Origin: Azolla caroliniana
Lineage: Eukaryota > Plantae > Polypodiophyta
DNA length: 64,000 bases
Assembly (NCBI GenBank): GCA_043228905.1
Contig: JBHGNT010000003.1
Span: 17,732,001 to 17,796,000, forward strand
Direction: 5' to 3'
The translations under genes were made by a program, and so were the position numbers. Shown in pieces: positions 61,945 through 64,000 of this stretch; positions within the stretch are counted from its first letter, which is position 1, and every line of letters begins with the position of its first letter. A model generated the notes under the pieces. It had not been told where the DNA came from. It ran no database searches and saw nothing but the letters and a program-made list of their open reading frames with translations.

Positions 61945-62709
61945 CCTTTGCATTCACAAGTGGAAGGATTGCGCATTCCACTTATAGATTCCTTTTATAA
62001 TCTTGCGATTTTAGACAATTTCCAAAAACTTGATACACTAGTATCACATGTTTTAAATAGCATGTAAATTTTGCTAATATTTTGAGATTTAACAAATTTC
62101 AAAATGATAATTTCAAAAATTGAATAGTTTAGGGATAATGTTTAAATGTTGATGGTTTGCAGATATGAAATGTAGTTAACTTAAAGAAAATCACAATTAT
62201 TGTCAACTCAAGGCACAAGTTAAGATTAATGGTTTCACCGTCTTGAGAAGATTAAGGTTACATCTATTGTTAGACTTGAAAATGTTTTAAGTATAAAAGG
62301 TAATATTGCAATCCTTAATGTCATCATCTATAAATTAGTGCTCATTAACATCCATAAATTCACAACTCAAGAAATGTAGACAATATTTATAAACAATTTT
62401 GATAAATCCACAACTCCTAAAATGTAGACGATATTCATAAATTGTCAAACTTTAGATATGAACATTAATATATCAATTTGAACATAACACATAGTTATCA
62501 AGGTATCTACAATGTTATAATCTCCTTCCTTATAAGAATTCCCCTTCAAAAATTGTGAAGTAAATGGCATTTGCAAAGTTCAATTACCATCAACACAATT
62601 ATTAATGGTTTTCTTCTAATAAATGAAGCACATATTTACCATAAGGTATCTTGTTGTGCAACATACATCTTTAAAAAACCTCTTTTATTTGAAAAACAAC
62701 AAGAGTTTT

Positions 62710-64000
62710 AAACATGAACACGATATGTTGTATTGAATTGACGTAAAAAATAGAGTTTTCATCATAACTCTATACAATATATTGAATTCATGTTCAAAGT
62801 TTTTTTACCGGATTTAAAAAATAATAATAATAATAAATTAAGCTTGAGTTCATAGAAAAACCAAATTTTTCATCACAATTCAATACAATGTATCGAGTTC
62901 ATGTTTAAAGTAATTTTTTCTAATTTTAAAAAAAAAATCAATTTGTTTCAAATTTTTTATTTTTTTTCAATTTTTTTTTGTTTTTTTCAATTTATTTTAT
63001 TTTTTTATTTTTTATGGAAAAAATAATAATTTTAAACATGAACTCGATACATTGTATCGACTTGTGATAAAAACTCTGGTTTTTTCATCACTTATTAAAG
63101 CTCCAAAACAAAATTCTAAGACAGAGACAAAATTAGTACTAAGAGAGAAATATTAGTACTAAGAAGAATTTAAGGTGTAGAACACTTGAGAAAAGAAGAG
63201 AGAGAGTGAGTGAGTGAGAGAGAGAGGGATTGAGAGGGAATGATGATGACATGAGTTAATCTACGGCGTATCGAGTTCATGTTGAAAAGCTAACTTTTGT
63301 ACATGAACTCCATACGCCTTTTCAACATGAACTCGATATGGCATATCGAGTTCATGTTTAAAGTTTTATTTCGGATTTTTTTATAAAAATAATTACATTT
63401 TTTCCTATTTTATTTTGGTATTTTCTTTTTTTTTCTAAAAACTTTAAGCTTTAAAAAGGGATGAAAATAATATTTTATATATTACAATGTATGGTCTAAT
63501 GGTCAAGAGATTGACCCATGTAGCATAAGGTCATGGGTTCAAGTCCTACCATATCATGACATGAACTAAGCTAGCTTTTTTACATGAACTCGATACGCCG
63601 TATCGAGTTCATGTTGAAAAGCTAACTTTTTTACATGAACTCGATACGGCGTATCGAGTTCATGTTTAAAGTTTTATTTCTGATTTTTTTTTAAAAATAA
63701 TTACATTTTTTCCTATTTTATTTTGGTATTTTCTTTTTTTTTCTAAAAAACTTTGACCTTTAATAAGTGATGAAAATAATGTTTTATGTATTACAATGTA
63801 TGGTCTAATGGTGAAGAGCTTGACCCATGTAGCACAAGGTCATGGGTTCTAGTTCTACCATATCATGACATGAACTAAGCTAGCTTTTTTACGTGAACTT
63901 GATACGCCTTTTGAACATGAACTCGATACGCCGTATCGAGTTCATGTTCAAAAGCTAACTTTTTTACATGAACTCGATACTTCTAATTTTTTTTAAAAAA
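62710..64000. repeat. array of CATGAACTCGATAC-N3-GTATCGAGTTCATG palindromes (foldback/MULE-TIR-like) with a ~309-bp tandem duplication
   Basis: More than 10 full or half palindromes; CATGAACTAAGCTAGC at 63560 and 63869. Confidence 0.8.
63460..63561 (+). promoter_or_regulatory. E-family LTR tip with tRNA-like A/B boxes (second copy at 63770-63870)
   Basis: TGGTCTAATGG at 63492-63502; GGTTCAAGTCC at 63536-63546; ends CCATATCATGACA; homologous to 12463-12564. Confidence 0.75.

Noticed and set aside
61950-62700. Decayed host gene or DNA transposase
   Set aside because: AT-rich, no ORF of 60 aa or more, and no motif I can recognise; a translated search would be needed.
63260-63990. CRISPR array from palindromic repeats
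   Set aside because: Spacing is irregular, the intervening sequence is itself duplicated and AT/T-tract rich, and there are no cas genes.

Overview
This window is eukaryotic, plant-type heterochromatin made almost entirely of nested, mostly decayed LTR retrotransposons. I found no host protein-coding gene, rRNA, intact tRNA or CRISPR array. LTR termini, PBS/PPT and target-site duplications (TSDs) reconstruct the nesting (letters are my labels). Copia A (1-44013) hosts a solo LTR (1030-1690), non-autonomous gypsy D (7835-10206) and chromovirus G (11213-43110). D's 5' LTR was hit by copia B (2475-7834), whose 3' LTR holds another solo LTR (6034-7382). G's 5' LTR holds copia F (11384-34293). F holds chromovirus E (12121-15445, -) and chromovirus H (19094-33137, -), and H holds the young gypsy I (23793-30830). 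G also holds gypsy J (36191-39788), which has an extra ORF. To the right lie a solo LTR, an RTEX-like LINE 3' end, a fossil I-like gypsy split by copia C (47329-52230, -), copia L, copia K (55884-61122) and a palindromic repeat array. The lineage mix suggests a bryophyte (inference only). The most notable signals are: (1) three gypsy families lack a tRNA PBS and instead have an 11-12 nt Tf1-style self-priming geometry; (2) LTRs of this group carry an antisense tRNA-like A-box/B-box Pol III module at the U3 tip; (3) element I has a -1 frameshift signal with a probable pseudoknot between protease and RT; (4) one LTR lineage makes 4-bp CpG-centred TSDs; (5) one copia LTR is flanked by both a PPT and a PBS; (6) the promoter block is inverted between the two LTRs of J. 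All alignments and folds were done by eye.
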